This document shows positions 62,804-64,000 of a stretch of DNA of 64,000 nucleotides, one piece after another (positions within the stretch are counted from its first letter, which is position 1; the number at the start of each line of letters is the position of its first letter). This DNA is from a virus, in the IMG/VR virus record IMGVR_UViG_3300042453_005121, positions 86,763 to 150,762 of that record, one strand, 5' to 3'. Under the pieces are notes generated by a model. That model was not told the DNA's origin and ran no database searches. It saw only the letters and a program-made list of their open reading frames with translations. The translations under genes were made by a program, and so were the position numbers.

Positions 62804-63519
62804 AGATACATCTTTACGCTGTTGCTTGGAATGAAGAGTTCATGATGCCGTTTTTTATGAGGCATTATGCAAAATTTTGTGAAAAAATAATTATTTACGA
62901 CAACGAATCTACTGACGGGACTGCAGAAATAGTGGAAAAAATGGGCGGAGAAATACGAACGTGGTCTAGCAACAATAAACTTGATGATTCAATGTACTTG
63001 GAGATAAAAAACAATGCATATAAAAAATCCAGAGGGTCGGCGGATTGGGTGATTGTGTGCGACAGTGACGAATTTATATATCATCCAAATTTAGTGAATC
63101 TGCTTAGTGAGTACAAGTCTATGGGAATAAATTTCCCCAAGACGGAGGGCTATGAGATGATTCCGAATTGCTTCATAGAAAAGGATTGTGATTTGGTTGA
63201 TAATTACAAATATGGATCAAGATATGTCAATCTTGATAAACGTGCTATATTCAATCCCAATCTGGAAATCAAATATGGTCCCGGATGTCATTCTTCAAAC
63301 ACTCCTGAATTGGCCGTCCAAAGCGAGAATGCCGACATCAAGATTTTGCATTACAAATACCTGAACCCGAATTACTTAATACTCAGACACAAATTGTTGG
63401 GCTCAAGACTGAGCGATAGTAATATTCAGCATAATTGGGGCGTGCAATACACGTGGAACGAAGAAATAATGAAAAAAAGATACAATGAAATATTGTCCAT
63501 TAGGTCAAAAGTCATATGA
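62800..63519 (+). CDS. GT2-like glycosyltransferase
   Basis: WNEE, YDNESTDGT, CDSDEF, LHYK. Confidence 0.8.
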   Translation: MKIHLYAVAWNEEFMMPFFMRHYAKFCEKIIIYDNESTDGTAEIVEKMGGEIRTWSSNNKLDDSMYLEIKNNAYKKSRGSADWVIVCDSDEFIYHPNLVNLLSEYKSMGINFPKTEGYEMIPNCFIEKDCDLVDNYKYGSRYVNLDKRAIFNPNLEIKYGPGCHSSNTPELAVQSENADIKILHYKYLNPNYLILRHKLLGSRLSDSNIQHNWGVQYTWNEEIMKKRYNEILSIRSKVI

Positions 63520-63575
63520 ATCTCTGCGGTCTTGATGACATTGCAATTTATATTTTTTTTCATACAATTTAGATT

Positions 63576-64000
63576 ATGAATAAGGCTTTAATCACCGGAA
63601 TTACTGGGCAGGACGGATCTTATCTTGCTGAATTTCTTCTTGCCAAGGGATACGAAGTTCACGGCATCATCCGCAGATCAAGCATGTTCAATACTCTTCG
63701 CATTGACCATGAGTTTGATCATTTGCACCTTCACCATGGAGATGTGTGCGATGGGACTGCTATGGCCCGTATTGTTAGAAACGTACAGCCGGACGAAGTC
63801 TATAATCTCGCTGCTCAGAGTCATGTCCGCGTTTCTTTTGAACAGCCTGCCTACACTGCTGATTCCACGGGTTTGGGAACTTTGCGCGTTCTGGACGCCA
63901 TCAGAGACCACGCTCCTCAGGCGAGATTTTATCAGGCTTCTTCAAGTGAGATGTTTGGTGGATTGTTGCGGCCCGGCGACGCCTTTTTGTGTGAATCCTC
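63576..64000 (+). CDS. gmd: GDP-mannose 4,6-dehydratase (truncated by window end)
   Basis: Not in the ORF track. [36 protein letters not shown]...YNLAAQSHV...[11 protein letters not shown]. Promoter TTGCAA-16 nt-TACAAT lies upstream. Confidence 0.95.
   Translation, partial: MNKALITGITGQDGSYLAEFLLAKGYEVHGIIRRSSMFNTLRIDHEFDHLHLHHGDVCDGTAMARIVRNVQPDEVYNLAAQSHVRVSFEQPAYTADSTGLGTLRVLDAIRDHAPQARFYQASSSEMFGGLLRPGDAFLCES

Overview
This is a 64-kb segment of a large tailed-phage genome, most likely a T4-like jumbo myovirus, using the standard genetic code. I saw no tRNA, rRNA or CRISPR array. Replication and recombination genes: gp46/gp47, UvsW-like helicase with an intein, gp41 helicase, UvsY-like protein, gp32 SSB, UvsX, a Hel308/Ski2-like helicase and a small degenerate family-A polymerase. 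Nucleotide metabolism: nrdA/B, guaC, thyX and a dNMP kinase. It also carries about a dozen glycan-related genes (GT2/GT4/GT32/GT90-like, epimerase, HldE, Gmd), a collagen-like fibre, a LamG-repeat fibre, a C5 DNA methyltransferase, and a PrkA-YeaH-SpoVR(intein) operon followed by a ClpP-like gene. Top observations: (1) a ~400-nt GNRA-tetraloop-rich structured non-coding element at 26.86-27.26 kb. It sits where gene orientation flips, between a possible gp59-like gene and the minimal PolA, and is a candidate RNA-primed origin or ncRNA-polymerase system. (2) About ten scattered proteins share an N-terminal 'F-K/R-x-W/F-L-x-E' tag resembling the T4 capsid-targeting sequence, mostly just downstream of an NTA[A/G/T]ATA late-promoter-like motif. 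(3) The phage-borne PrkA/YeaH/SpoVR/ClpP module. All family calls come from motif recognition by eye; no database searches were run.
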